A DNA stretch of 64,000 nucleotides from the NCBI GenBank assembly GCA_965218785.1, contig OZ244650.1, positions 640,001-704,000 of the forward strand, written 5' to 3'. The position numbers were made by a program, and so were the translations under genes. The notes under the pieces are model-generated. The model searched no databases, was not told the origin of the DNA, and saw nothing but the letters and a program-made list of their open reading frames with translations. Position 1 is the first letter of the stretch. Every line of letters begins with the position of its first letter. Below, piece by piece: positions 14,601 to 21,699 of the stretch. This DNA is from Nitrosopumilus sp. Lineage in GTDB: Archaea > Thermoproteota > Nitrososphaeria > Nitrososphaerales > Nitrosopumilaceae.

Positions 14601-15565
14601 CTGCAATAACTTCTGGTGCACAGGCATCCTGCATCGAGATAGGACAGGCAGGCTCTGTGATAAATACGGATAAACCGATACGGATACAGCTTGGAGGACA
14701 GGCAGGCAACGTTCCATGGTACTCTCAGGGCGGTGCTGCAGCTACCCAGATAACTGCAGCGTGTACTGCCGATGATCTTACCCCTGTATCAGCGCAGCTT
14801 GACGGCACCGGGGAGTGCTTCATAAATACCAATCTTGACCTGATAATCTGGACTGCACACTTTACAGTATTTGGCTCAAACCTGGTAACACCACCACCGG
14901 TTGTTGTTGTTGCACCAGAATCAGAACCAACACCCGCATCCGAACCCGCTCCTAGAAGATCAGGCGGAGGAGGACACGGCAACACACTTGATCCACGTGT
15001 ATGTGGCGGCGTACTGTGCAGTGAACAGGGATCTAACAACCAGTCTTCAGGCACCCCTTCAACTAGCAGGTCTTCAAGCGACCAAATCCGTACCGTACCA
15101 CGTGTAACTCCTGAGCAAACACAGGAACCTGACAGAACACAAAATGGTGCAGATCCGGCACTTGGCACACCAGAGCCTGAACCATCCCCACTGCCAAAGA
15201 CTCCAGAACCAGGCTTAACGAATCCGGCACCCGGCTCTACTGTGGATCCAGAACCGGGCTCAACGAATCCGGCACCCGGATTACTTGTGGATCCAGAACC
15301 GGGCTCAACGAATCCGGCACCCGGATTACTTGTGGATCCAGAACCGGGCTCAACTAGTCCTGCACCCGGATTACTTGTGGACCCAGAACCAGGCTCAACT
15401 AGTCCTGCACCCGGATTACTTGTGGATCCAGAACCAGGCTCAACGAATCCGGCACCCGGCTCTACTGTGGACCCAGAACCAGGCTCTACTGTGGACCCAG
15501 AACCAGAACAAGCCGATGGCATATTTGAACAGATTGGCAGATGGTTCACATCATTATTTGGATAA
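2630..15565 (+). CDS. giant (4311 aa) secreted/surface protein with Ig-like repeats and two homologous beta-propeller-like domains
   Basis: N-terminal signal peptide (...LSDANA|Q); many T/V/A/D-rich ~100-aa repeats (FSExVxxF, DxAGN, VDTxAPTV); Pro-rich C-terminal repeats. Confidence 0.93.
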   Translation: MTILPIGLLAILFAFSAGLVLSDANAQTAVLSEIDSFALPDNGYRHNLIHLSDEFYVSSHTAIHTSATDENALSSVVYLRLYTIINGEINLIRDLAVTPTGGGSESTVRSETENPNSTGLARVDVDRLALSYTSSGTNIIRTYNVTISSPNPDFVRDKQRVFQSVGDANNHSLVALDKETLVLSYSLPDGSPDGYVQLFSIPHSGITLDLENTLRYTDIQGRYPSLVKLDDDRVVLAYRTVRAQVYIQTVDIVTNDMANDTLNARLAFTTIDSDERTAYNSLIRVDDNTVALAYSRIGMSTNLGDGDGRIRVFDVADTTGAISSTGSGAVFYDDAETAGSEERIHLSSLALLDSDTIAVAYRGEGGAGFIRLYDIASNGALTANGEPLEHDSANGAFNSLIAIDDTTLALVYGGDLARTDLSTSSEVPNTIKLFSTVSDVMPPTILSAETTDSNTIVLTASELLEGMANIGDFTVSSSTLSGHTVFPNTVTAAEISGSTIILTTGTVISGGTITIAVEYRGNSITDGVGNALARFTDQSVSNREVGVPIITSVSATPGTYKIGDTIDITVTLNTSVFVSNSNGRLELNFGTITREVPISSSVTNSNTITLPFPYTVATGDTSANLNYVDTNSFLGSSGHFTGPEGLLNLALPPTTSADSLGGSNIIVTGIAPIISTAVTTGSTTIVLTASEALTGTIATGDFTVDGNTVMGIPILSDGTTITITVDTAIIGGNTVTVDYGGTALVNAAGNALATFDDRPVTNNEAPIPVITDVSATGGPYTAGNTVPITVTYDLAVRVVGNPELLLATGDPVAGTPNTPAVYHSSPTPTTLLFNYMVAATDNSADLNYVGTDSLTLSGSDSILSTADSAVASLTLPDPSVNSFGGSNIVVDNVAPFPSINRAVPTNPTLPFDIEYAVLFSEPVTGLMASEIMVTGTASGGSPVVSDFVGTPPTDRYTFNVEITADGTVEVTIPAGVAMDRVNIGNTALLTSVIDTIDTTAPFYRSAVTTDANTITITVSEPLDESVDAVASDFSVTSNGIANGLTALPEINDNIITLRVGTPILGGHAITVQYSGMNLIDAAGNALEIFTRNPTNTLDVPTTPAVTGVTGLGGFYFSGFSIDIEVTFDEAVTVSTESGIPRIILDTGVTGGTAVNYVRTESGGTVLVFDYSTAPGHNSEKLNYVNTGSLILNGGSINAADDANPADLTLPAVASTASLGNSNIVVDTVIPSVTISSDNLLTKSRSITFTAEFTEDVTGFVDTTNDIVVSGAATTVTTITPVNGTHYDFVVDATADGAVTVSIPADAAMDRADNGNTVSDPYTITVDTVAPTVTISTDTANGGSQNTNTISYNVDFSEGVHDFVEGDITVTGTAPFGTPAIRNFNEVGPEEYTFDVVTTDNGTVLVTIPAGVATDDATNGNEASATYTVTVDDDIPTVTISATDSAGTATANGGSQNDNTISYTATFSKPVTGFEIDDITISGSAPLGTPAVTNFDITNAPEYTFDVVTTNDGTVLVSIAENVAADTAGNGNAASGVYTVTVDNVVPTVMLGSTTTAVDGGSQNTSIASYTVMFSEDVENFVEGDITVTGTASGGSPGVSSFAGIGASYTFNVETSADGTVEVTIPAGVAADAAGNLNTESLMHTITVDTTVPTVGITTDTANGGSQNTNTISYTATFSEAVNNFVVDDITVTGTASGGSPTATIFDGSGASYTFNVVTSADGTVEVMIPANVATDTANNDNMESGTYTVTVDTLAPTIMSVETTDSTTIVITALEPLAEITPTGVFTVTDNTVNGIPTISGSTITIIVGTSIVFGDTPEVTYVGTDLTDVAGNALEAITDRTVTNNVPVAGAPVVTGVAAPPGSYKEGDTINITVTFNEAVTVSTTSGTPQLTLETGDPDAVAVYTLTGSTGTALIFEYTVAAGENSADLNYVSINSLDLNGGTIVAVAPGATPASTTLPAITAVESLGGSSAVIVDTMAPTVVITNIQTTNIGGFSSSRVLTFIATFSEEVNNFVVGDITVGGTATVTAAASVMQQPFGDRSIYTIAVTAPADGTVVVSIPLNAAADDAGNGNMASDPYTITVDTAAPTVTITADDVNANGFTNSAAITYNAKFNEVVSDFDNANDITLGGTATATVSAPTAINGTDYTFVVTSTADATSANDGTVVVSIPVNAVSDAAGNNNAASAPYTVTIDTVVSGVQITTITDNDGTQNSNTISYSAVFGEAVTGFDLADIDVSGTASNNAPVASSFSGSGLSYAFDVVVASGDGTVIVRIPANVAVDRAGNGHTASNTYTVTVDTALPTVEITADGVANGGSQTTDTVSYTATFNEEVVNFVVADIEVSGTASFGTPAVTDFDATNAPVYTFDVMTTDDGTVVVSIPEGAATDAGTNGNVASGDHTVTVDTSIPSVTGVAATGGSYMASDRIDIIVTFDEQVEVTGEPTLTLDTGAVVSFNAFVDTSRLTLQFPYTVTAGQNSDDLNYVDVDSLDLSGGSITAFDNGIPASLLLPATTLDDSLGGSDVIVDTTAPRFLSAQTTTPNTIEIIISEPLDQTMTAGTFTVATNTVSGTPVISGSTITITVGMAITSADTLTVSYTTDTGGIADIAGNALETFANPETVTNNVPDATAPTVLSVSAPPGTHTTGATIDITVAFDEAVDVTGVPQLTLDTGAVVDYTSGTGGTDLLFQYTVAAGENSADLNYANVNSLALNSGTINVAGGTTAVNLVLPATTAATSLGGSSAVIVDTTAPTVTISNDQTTSDGETATTRTLDYTVEFSETVTGFAMNDITVSGAATAPDAAPAGSDDTYTFTVTAPADGTVTVSIPAGAAADEAGNDNIVSADYTVIIDATAPTIMSAATSGSTTIVITASEPLAEITPTGDFTVTDNTVNGIPTISGSTITIIVGTSIVFGDTPEVTYVGTDLTDVAGNALAAITSQTVTNNVPVAGVPVVTGVAAPPGTHNAGDTIDITVTFNEAVDVTGTPQLTLETGDTDAVADYTSTGSTGTALIFEYTVAAGENSADLNYVGTTSLDLNGGTILAEADSVTPASLTLPATTDATSLGGSSAVVVDAVVPTVTISASVDNDGSTNDGSVFYTATFSEDVTGFDVAADITVSGTAAATLTTPTGSGSTYTFAATTTNGGTITVLIPADAAADTATNGNTASATYTVTVNSLSQINSLDLTPGGYRHNLVHFTGDYYVSSHTVTRANSDDAALWNFDTVLNLYSIIGGDITLIGSRTVETRTQDKTTTINEFTTHPRSTAVTAVDDDTIAVTYVASSTSRLRTYDVDTASTTAPFGTSVLTSLGTSGTLTQEQTHNHSLVTLDATRLVVAYSYPDASTTNYIQIINVVSGTGALTPETPVEITDTLGQYSSLVRLDGNTVVVAYRADANEYGYLRAYNISADNTIAPGDAVQIEGSRIAHTSLIRVDDDTVAVAYSALGLDTSTTDGQANLKVYNVDTNAAITGGTGVASSVYYDDAVADVTFEEHAHLNSLALLNTDTLAVAYRGDGPAGNVRLYDIDLSTNGLTARGEAFVHDTVNGAFNSLVSINDETLALVYGGDLPSVIANTDTPNTIKTLAVLGPDTTVPTIVAAVTSDANTIVLTASEFLARTAATPVFTVPGNAVTGTVILGTTVTITVDTQISLGDTPTINYAVGGAITDAAGNALAAFAALPVTNNVDDATRPTAIITNADIADGDTTLTDTTASYTVTFNEPVPGFDVADIIISGTASGGAPVPSNFETATADISYTFDVVTTSDGTVIVSVPENVAADPAGNQNTASNTYTITVDAEVPEIVSARLSTDTITIIYSKLVTTDASHYDDVMSPAGTPHTIDSFIDATPDDANYTVISLILSTTPAGTTATIDIAGPTKTSDSTSALSPLEDYPVTAEVNVVLDATDNRIAVTDFDSTLATVRYPSTVDATLDYSSLIDGESVTPTATTNTEIVVTATGIRGGDIQVTIPATTTFSSSTFDGILILPTDSGSGCDSTAITSGAQASCIEIGQAGSVINTDKPIRIQLGGQAGNVPWYSQGGAAATQITAACTADDLTPVSAQLDGTGECFINTNLDLIIWTAHFTVFGSNLVTPPPVVVVAPESEPTPASEPAPRRSGGGGHGNTLDPRVCGGVLCSEQGSNNQSSGTPSTSRSSSDQIRTVPRVTPEQTQEPDRTQNGADPALGTPEPEPSPLPKTPEPGLTNPAPGSTVDPEPGSTNPAPGLLVDPEPGSTNPAPGLLVDPEPGSTSPAPGLLVDPEPGSTSPAPGLLVDPEPGSTNPAPGSTVDPEPGSTVDPEPEQADGIFEQIGRWFTSLFG
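15200..15505 (+). repeat. 45-bp coding tandem repeat (VDPEPGSTxPAPGLL)
   Basis: About 6 near-identical units GTGGATCCAGAACCGGGCTCAACGAATCCGGCACCCGGATTACTT. Confidence 0.95.
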
Positions 15566-15599
15566 ACACGCGTCTTTGTTGGATGATGACAGCTATCTG

Positions 15600-15950
15600 A
15601 AATATCCAGTAACTTATTCTGACGTATCTTCTTAATTGCAGGGGTCTTATGGCATCATGCATTATCAAACAATTATCAGTGCGATAAATCCTAATGGCAG
15701 TCAAATTGGTAAAACCATCTGGAAAAAATACATACTGCCATTTGATAACTTTAGAATTTACTGTTATTATGATATCATCTAAAGATGTACTCCAATCCTC
15801 AAAACAAACCAGCATAATGCAGCGTATTTTGATTGCAGATTTTTTTTACCGTGTGGATATCCGCATGATTTGCTCTGCCCATCTATGGAATACTACATAT
15901 CCTGAAATCTTTTTGTATTTCCATCCCAGTAACAGCACGTGCTATGTCAA
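15600..15950 (-). mobile_element. highly degenerate transposase remnant (IS6-like)
   Basis: Minus-strand fragments FHRWAE, VIKWQYVFFPD and AIRPL resemble IS6-type motifs; frames broken. Confidence 0.4.
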
Positions 15951-16018
15951 TCAAAAAGTGGTCTTTTGTCTATATAATTTGAATGCGTCATTTATGATCA
16001 CAGATTGAAAGGTGTATT

Positions 16019-16222
16019 ATGCCTGAATCGCGCACCTTCTTTAAGATAGTTGACGAGCTAGTAACATCTTCTGAATATGATCCAGAGTTGGCAGACGGAA
16101 TCAAGTGGCTCGATGATCAGGCACAAAAAAAAGGCATCACGCTTTATGATATGGTCTTTGAAGTGTTATACAGGCATGATGTGGATTCCAAGGCAAAAAC
16201 CTGGCTTCGTACAAGAAACTAA
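16019..16222 (+). CDS. small hypothetical protein
   Basis: 67-aa ORF; similar to 17507-17698 (LDDQAQKKGITLYDMV vs IDHQTQMEGLSLYDVY). Confidence 0.8.
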   Translation: MPESRTFFKIVDELVTSSEYDPELADGIKWLDDQAQKKGITLYDMVFEVLYRHDVDSKAKTWLRTRN

Positions 16223-16225
16223 AAA

Positions 16226-17389
16226 TTATTTTCTCAGGTCTAACGTTTTGTATTCGCATCCTTCCGGACCGCAGTATTTTCCAACATAGGTGGCCTTTGG
16301 TCTGTACAACGCCGGTTTTGGTGCGGCCTCTGCAAATTTTTCCTCGATAATGTGGGCTGCCCATCCTACAACCCTGGAAATTGCAAATATCGGGGTGTTT
16401 AGATCCATTGGAATTTTTAACATGTAATAGATTGAGGCACTGTACAAATCCACATTCGGATAAATGTCCCGGTCTTTTTGTAACTTTATCTCAGAAATAG
16501 TCACAGTCTCAATTTTTTCAGTAATGGCAAACCATGGTTCCTTGGTTTGCCCTGCAAGCTTTCTTGATAGTTCCTTTAGAACCTGCGCACGCGGGTCATA
16601 TGTTTTATAAACGGCGTGTCCCATTCCCATGATTCTCTCACCCCCGCCTATTTTATCCCTGATCCATGACTCTACATTTTTTATATCGTGAATCTCCAAT
16701 AGCATCTTCATGACTTCGGTATTTGCCCCTCCGTGCAGCTCCCCACTTAGCGCCCCGATTGCGGCACTTGATGCCGAATACATGTGCGCCCTAGTTGATG
16801 CAACCTGTCTTGCAGTAAACGTTGAGGCATTAAAGGTGTGATCTGCATGAAGAATCAGACATACATCGAAGATCTTCTCTGTCTCCGGTGCCGGTATCTC
16901 GCCGGACATCATGTATAAAAAATTTGCAGCATGACTCAACGAAGGATCAGGATCTATGATTTCCAGCCCGTTTCTTATTCTCTGCCAGCTTGCAATGATG
17001 GTTGGAACCTTTGCGATTAGATTAATTGCCCTGTCATAACTGGCATCCTTGTTTGAAAACTCTTCGTCATAATACCCCGCTAGTGCGGCAACAAATGCCT
17101 GAATCATATCCATGGGATCGGCATCCTTTCTCCAGTTTCCCATGTTCTTTTGCATCTGTTTTGGAATGAACCTGGCATCGACCATCTTTGCTTTAAACTC
17201 GTCTAGCTGCTGCTTGTTTGGCAGGATGTCATAAAGCAGCAGATATGCCGTTTCCTCAAAGGTTGAATTTTCCGTAAGATCCAAAATATCATATCCCCTG
17301 TAGATGAGCCTGCCTTTCTCCCCGTCAATGTTTGATATCCTGGTGTCTGCAATCTCTATTCCCCTCAGACCTATATTTTTGGTCTCCAT
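16226..17389 (-). CDS. gltA: citrate synthase
   Basis: LHADHTFNAST, LHGGAN, GMGHAVYKTYDPRA and YPNVDLY motifs. Confidence 0.95.
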   Translation of the reverse strand: METKNIGLRGIEIADTRISNIDGEKGRLIYRGYDILDLTENSTFEETAYLLLYDILPNKQQLDEFKAKMVDARFIPKQMQKNMGNWRKDADPMDMIQAFVAALAGYYDEEFSNKDASYDRAINLIAKVPTIIASWQRIRNGLEIIDPDPSLSHAANFLYMMSGEIPAPETEKIFDVCLILHADHTFNASTFTARQVASTRAHMYSASSAAIGALSGELHGGANTEVMKMLLEIHDIKNVESWIRDKIGGGERIMGMGHAVYKTYDPRAQVLKELSRKLAGQTKEPWFAITEKIETVTISEIKLQKDRDIYPNVDLYSASIYYMLKIPMDLNTPIFAISRVVGWAAHIIEEKFAEAAPKPALYRPKATYVGKYCGPEGCEYKTLDLRK

Positions 17390-17506
17390 ACTAGCATGTC
17401 AAAAAATCTTCTATTATATTTTTTCCAAAATCATGTATGTGAAGTTTAGTATTTAGTCTAAAATGGCAACTTTTGCTCATAAATGAAAATTTTTAGTTAA
17501 AAATTA

Positions 17507-17698
17507 ATGAACATCCATGAGCGTGAACACCTCAAAAGACTAGACGATCTCGTGCTTGCCGCATCACCTAAAACACTGGAAAAAATTCAGGAAATTGACC
17601 ATCAGACACAGATGGAGGGATTATCCCTTTACGACGTATACCTTGATTCGAATTCCCTGGTTAATCCGGGCATCAAAAAACCAGCAAAGAAATCCTGA
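17507..17698 (+). CDS. small hypothetical protein
   Basis: 63-aa ORF, apparent paralog of 16019-16222. Confidence 0.7.
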   Translation: MNIHEREHLKRLDDLVLAASPKTLEKIQEIDHQTQMEGLSLYDVYLDSNSLVNPGIKKPAKKS

Positions 17699-17745
17699 TT
17701 TTTCATATTTCATTTAAATGAGGGCTAGTAATTTTTTTATTCATA

Positions 17746-18810
17746 TTGACCGTATCTAAAACCAGGAAATCTGCAACCAGGAAAACCGTAAAAAAGACCG
17801 CCAAAAAAACGGTCAAAACCCCCAAAAAACCGCGACGTACAAAAACAATCTGTATCTCCCACAAGGAGGACGCAGATGGAATCAGCTCTGCTGCGTTAAT
17901 ACGACAGGCCTTTGGCGGTGATGCGCTACTTGTAGACTATCCCGGACAGATGGAGGCATTGCAACAGATGGTTTTAGATGAAAAACTAAAGACTCTCTTC
18001 ATCTGTGATCTTGGTCTGAGCAAAAAGACGCAGGATGAATTTATTGACATCATGGCTGCCTTACGAAAAGACAAGGTTTCAGTTACCTATATCGATCACC
18101 ATGACATTGATCCCGGCGTTGTAAAATCGCTTAAAAAACTCAAAGTCAAAGTAATTCATAATGTTAACGAATGCACCGCAGTACAGGTCTACTCTGCATT
18201 CAAATCAAAACTCGTTGATCATGCCTCATTTGTTGCAGCGTGTGCGGCAATTACCGACTATATGGAGGACAGGCCGATTGGCTCAAAACTGCTTCAAATC
18301 TACGACAGACAGTTTGCATTGATTAACGCAACTGTTCTTACCTACAACATTGTAGGCCATCAAAAGGAACCGGACTATCTGCAGTATCTAGTAGAGGAGC
18401 TGGCAGACTCGAAATTCCCGCATCAAATTCCAAACACCTTTGAATTTGCCCAGATTCAGGTCGAAAAACTATCACAGATGATTGCAAAGGTAAAGAAGGG
18501 GCTGAAGACCATGAGCAATCTGGGACACATGGAAATCCTTGATGCCGGTGCTAGCGGCGCAGTTAATTTTGTCATGGGACTGTCAGGAAAGAATGTTGGC
18601 GTTGCATACAAGGAGCGAGTTGATCATGGTATTTACGCGGTTTCAGTTAGAGGTTCAAAAGACTGTAAAGTCCATCTGGGCAAGATCGTAAATGTACTGG
18701 CATCTGATCTTGGCGGTTCGGGCGGGGGACACGACAGGGCATGCGGCGCAGTCATTCCAAAACCGAAAATCAAAAAATTCATTACAGAACTAAATAAAAA
18801 GATAAGATAA
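17746..18810 (+). CDS. DHH/DHHA1 family phosphoesterase with Lys-rich N-terminal tail
   Basis: HKEDADG, IDHHD and GGGHDRACG motifs. Confidence 0.92.
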   Translation: MTVSKTRKSATRKTVKKTAKKTVKTPKKPRRTKTICISHKEDADGISSAALIRQAFGGDALLVDYPGQMEALQQMVLDEKLKTLFICDLGLSKKTQDEFIDIMAALRKDKVSVTYIDHHDIDPGVVKSLKKLKVKVIHNVNECTAVQVYSAFKSKLVDHASFVAACAAITDYMEDRPIGSKLLQIYDRQFALINATVLTYNIVGHQKEPDYLQYLVEELADSKFPHQIPNTFEFAQIQVEKLSQMIAKVKKGLKTMSNLGHMEILDAGASGAVNFVMGLSGKNVGVAYKERVDHGIYAVSVRGSKDCKVHLGKIVNVLASDLGGSGGGHDRACGAVIPKPKIKKFITELNKKIR

Positions 18811-19103
18811 TCACGCAAAAACCTGCAGACTGCATGGGTGCGCCCTTGAACCTGCTATGATTTGCAGGTACTGTCATATCATGGCAAAAGGCACGAATTT
18901 GTGGGTTGTTTTCAGGATGTTTGATTTTGTTATTTATCTTGTCTTGGGCAAGACCCGTATCTGGTTTGATGATTTCCGGTTCACTGCTGTGCATTTCTTT
19001 TAATTAAGCGGGAACATAACGATTCAATCGTTAAAAGGATTTGCCCAAATCAAATACAAAACTGGAAGAATTTTTTAATAATTTGCAGACTGGTTCTTTA
19101 TAG

Positions 19104-20237
19104 TTGAATCTAAAGACGGCCGTACCACTCGTTGTACTCGGTGTTGTAACTGTGGTGCTGATCCTGTCTTTTTCTGATTCTTTTGTATTGCCGCCAGTCA
19201 CGTCTAATCCTGCTACTGTCACCACCCCCACGTCTGAAATCCAACCGGCTTATTCGGGATTGACCATTATGGAAACAGATGGAATCCGGCACAGCATTCC
19301 CCTTGATAAAATAAAGAGCGGGGGACCTCCCAAAGATGGAATTCCATCCGTTGATGAGCCTAAATTTGCCGGGGTTTCGGACTCCCATTTCATATCTGAT
19401 GCTGATACCGTGATTGGATTGGAGATCAACGATGATGCCAGGGCATATCCGATATTTATTTTAGTCTGGCATGAAATTATTAATGACACGGTGGGCGGCA
19501 TTCCTGTTTCTGTAACATACTGCCCGCTTTGTTATACCAACCAGGTCTTTGAGCGAATAATTAACGGCAAGGTAGTAGAGTTTGGCACGTCTGGAAAACT
19601 GTACAACAGTAATTTGCTGATGTATGACAGATATACGGAATCCTACTGGAGTCAGGCCCTTGGAACCGCAGTCAAAGGGGAGCTGACTGGGTATGAACTG
19701 GATTTAATTCCGTTTGATGTTATTACCTGGGGTGATTGGAAGAGACTTCATCCTGACACCGTGGTGCTCACTACAGATACGGGATACGTTCGTGCATATG
19801 ATGTTGATCCCTATGGTAATTATTATACAGAACCACGGATCATATTTCCTGTGGAACACAGCGATGACCGACTGGATCCCAAGGAGATAGTCATCGGGTT
19901 TGAGCAAGACGATGTTTACAAGGCATACAAACAAAACGATGTTGAATCTGAGGTGGTAATCAACGATTCTGTAGGGCCGACTCCTGTGTTGCTTGCTTCG
20001 TTGTTTTCTGAAAATTCCAGGGCTTTTGTAAGGCTGGTCGGTGATGAGACACTGGATTTTGTCTATGAGGATGGAAAAATTTTGGATTCTATGACGGGAT
20101 CCGAATGGAATTATGACGGGTTGTCTGTCTCTGGTACGTATCAGGGGGAACAACTACAAAGGATGCCAATCGAGCCTGGATTTTGGTTTGAATGGGTTGC
20201 ATTTCATCCACAAACTTTGGTGTATGGTGTTAATTGA
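19104..20237 (+). CDS. DUF3179-type secreted protein (CxxC)
   Basis: SGGPPKDGIP, WHEIIND, TYCPLC, FGTSGKLYNSNLLMYD, FWFEW; N-terminal hydrophobic segment. Confidence 0.88.
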   Translation: MNLKTAVPLVVLGVVTVVLILSFSDSFVLPPVTSNPATVTTPTSEIQPAYSGLTIMETDGIRHSIPLDKIKSGGPPKDGIPSVDEPKFAGVSDSHFISDADTVIGLEINDDARAYPIFILVWHEIINDTVGGIPVSVTYCPLCYTNQVFERIINGKVVEFGTSGKLYNSNLLMYDRYTESYWSQALGTAVKGELTGYELDLIPFDVITWGDWKRLHPDTVVLTTDTGYVRAYDVDPYGNYYTEPRIIFPVEHSDDRLDPKEIVIGFEQDDVYKAYKQNDVESEVVINDSVGPTPVLLASLFSENSRAFVRLVGDETLDFVYEDGKILDSMTGSEWNYDGLSVSGTYQGEQLQRMPIEPGFWFEWVAFHPQTLVYGVN

Positions 20238-20716
20238 CTGGTCCTGTCTCAAAAGCTGTTCTTGCTGGAATTGCCACCGTTACAGTCTATCTTTTAGTAG
20301 TTGTAGTTACAACCCCTGCGTTGGAGCCTGCCGCTGCCATTAGTGCGGCGTTTCAGCTAAATTCAATTGTGATTATCGGAATGGGCGTGGGGATTGGATT
20401 ACAGGTGTTTCTCACCGGGAAGAGCAGGCTGCTTGGATGCAAGCTTTTGGTAAAGAAAAAAGCATTTGGGGGAAATACTGCAGGTGCGGCTGCCACATCC
20501 TTTTTCTCTTTTTTCTCCCTGATTCCACTTGGTTGCTGCGGATGGTGGCTTTACGCCCTGTCACTGCTTCCTAGCGTGGTGGGAACCGGCGCGTCTGCCG
20601 TCCTGATAGAGTACAGTCAGGTTTTGGCATATGTTGGGCTGGTCATAATTTTTGGGTTTGCAGGACTGACTGCCTTTAAATTAAGACAGGAACAGGGACT
20701 ACAAAAAACAGCCTAG
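20234..20716 (+). CDS. membrane protein with GCCG motif
   Basis: About 4 hydrophobic segments; 4-nt overlap with the upstream gene. Confidence 0.8.
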   Translation: MTGPVSKAVLAGIATVTVYLLVVVVTTPALEPAAAISAAFQLNSIVIIGMGVGIGLQVFLTGKSRLLGCKLLVKKKAFGGNTAGAAATSFFSFFSLIPLGCCGWWLYALSLLPSVVGTGASAVLIEYSQVLAYVGLVIIFGFAGLTAFKLRQEQGLQKTA

Positions 20717-20729
20717 CTTTTTTCTAGCG

Positions 20730-20792
20730 ACTGTTACCCTTGTAGTTTTTGGTTTGATAAAATTGATCTCAAAAACATTTGCGTGTCATTAT
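20730..20792 (-). mobile_element. isolated IS630 left end
   Basis: Reverse complement closely matches 47065-47120 (TGACACGCAAATGTTTTTGAGATCAATT..ATCAAACCAAAAACTACAA). Confidence 0.85.
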
Positions 20793-20912
20793 ATAAGAAG
20801 ATGAAACGTATGGCAGAATCAACCTGATCCGTTATATGATGCTAGCAGATCTAGTATTGGAGGGGGTTTGGCATGGGAGAACCAAAACAAGAGATATTTA
20901 TTTTTGAATAAA

Positions 20913-21377
20913 TTATGTTGAGGTTCCTGCAGGATAGACATTCGCAGGATCGTTTCGTGGATTGATTCTAATATTGTTCTTGTACATGCTTAATGCTTGT
21001 TCATCACTCGTGACAATAACCGTATTGGGAAGTAATGAATTATTTATCATACTAAATTCTCCAAACTGTATTTGGGGCGAAATGGGAATAATCACCTTAT
21101 TTCTTATTATATTTTTCATAAATAAATCATCAAGAGAAACGAAAGAAAATTTTTTGTTTGATTTGAATAATCTGTAGGTACTCTGTAAATTATTTTTATC
21201 ATTTTTATGATAATGAGATCTTCGAATAAATTCTAAGAATATACTATGTAAAATTATAATATTATCTTGATCTTCTGTAAGAATACCATCAAACCATTTT
21301 TTAACATTAGCTTGTTTCAATGAAAAATAATCCTCTAGAACTGTTGTATCTAGAACTAAATTTTCAGCATTCATCAA
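20913..21377 (-). CDS. PIN-domain (VapC-like) toxin
   Basis: N-terminal LVLDTTVL, C-terminal IVTSD; coupled to an AbrB-like gene. Confidence 0.75.
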   Translation of the reverse strand: MMNAENLVLDTTVLEDYFSLKQANVKKWFDGILTEDQDNIIILHSIFLEFIRRSHYHKNDKNNLQSTYRLFKSNKKFSFVSLDDLFMKNIIRNKVIIPISPQIQFGEFSMINNSLLPNTVIVTSDEQALSMYKNNIRINPRNDPANVYPAGTST

Positions 21378-21646
21378 AATCTATCGCGAAGTTTATTTAG
21401 AGATTCTACAAATTCTTTACCTGTCAATTGTTTCCCTATTGTAATTTGATGTAATTCATAATCGTCGTCAACAATTGCCAATTTACTTTTACTTTTCCAA
21501 TCAAGTTTATCTAAAACATCTTTAGGCAAATAAATTGCACCATTTGATGATACTTCTAATTCTGAGATATTCTCTTGATGTGAATATTCTTCATTATAGC
21601 GTCTCCAGCTATTTTCACGGGATTGTAATTGTTTATTTAAAATCAT
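21374..21646 (-). CDS. AbrB/SpoVT-type antitoxin
   Basis: VSSNGAIYLPKDVLDKLDW motif; ATGA overlap with the PIN gene. Confidence 0.75.
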   Translation of the reverse strand: MILNKQLQSRENSWRRYNEEYSHQENISELEVSSNGAIYLPKDVLDKLDWKSKSKLAIVDDDYELHQITIGKQLTGKEFVESLNKLRDRF

Positions 21647-21699
21647 ATCTTAATTTCATCAACCTAGTTTAAAAATTAATCGCATTATGGGGCGTTATC

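Noticed and set aside
3370-15549. Many minus-strand ORFs up to 305 aa within the giant gene
   Set aside because: Antisense shadows caused by biased T/V/A/D codon use; no independent motifs
2630-15565. Diversity-generating retroelement acting on the surface protein
   Set aside because: No reverse transcriptase in the window, and repeat differences are not visibly adenine-specific
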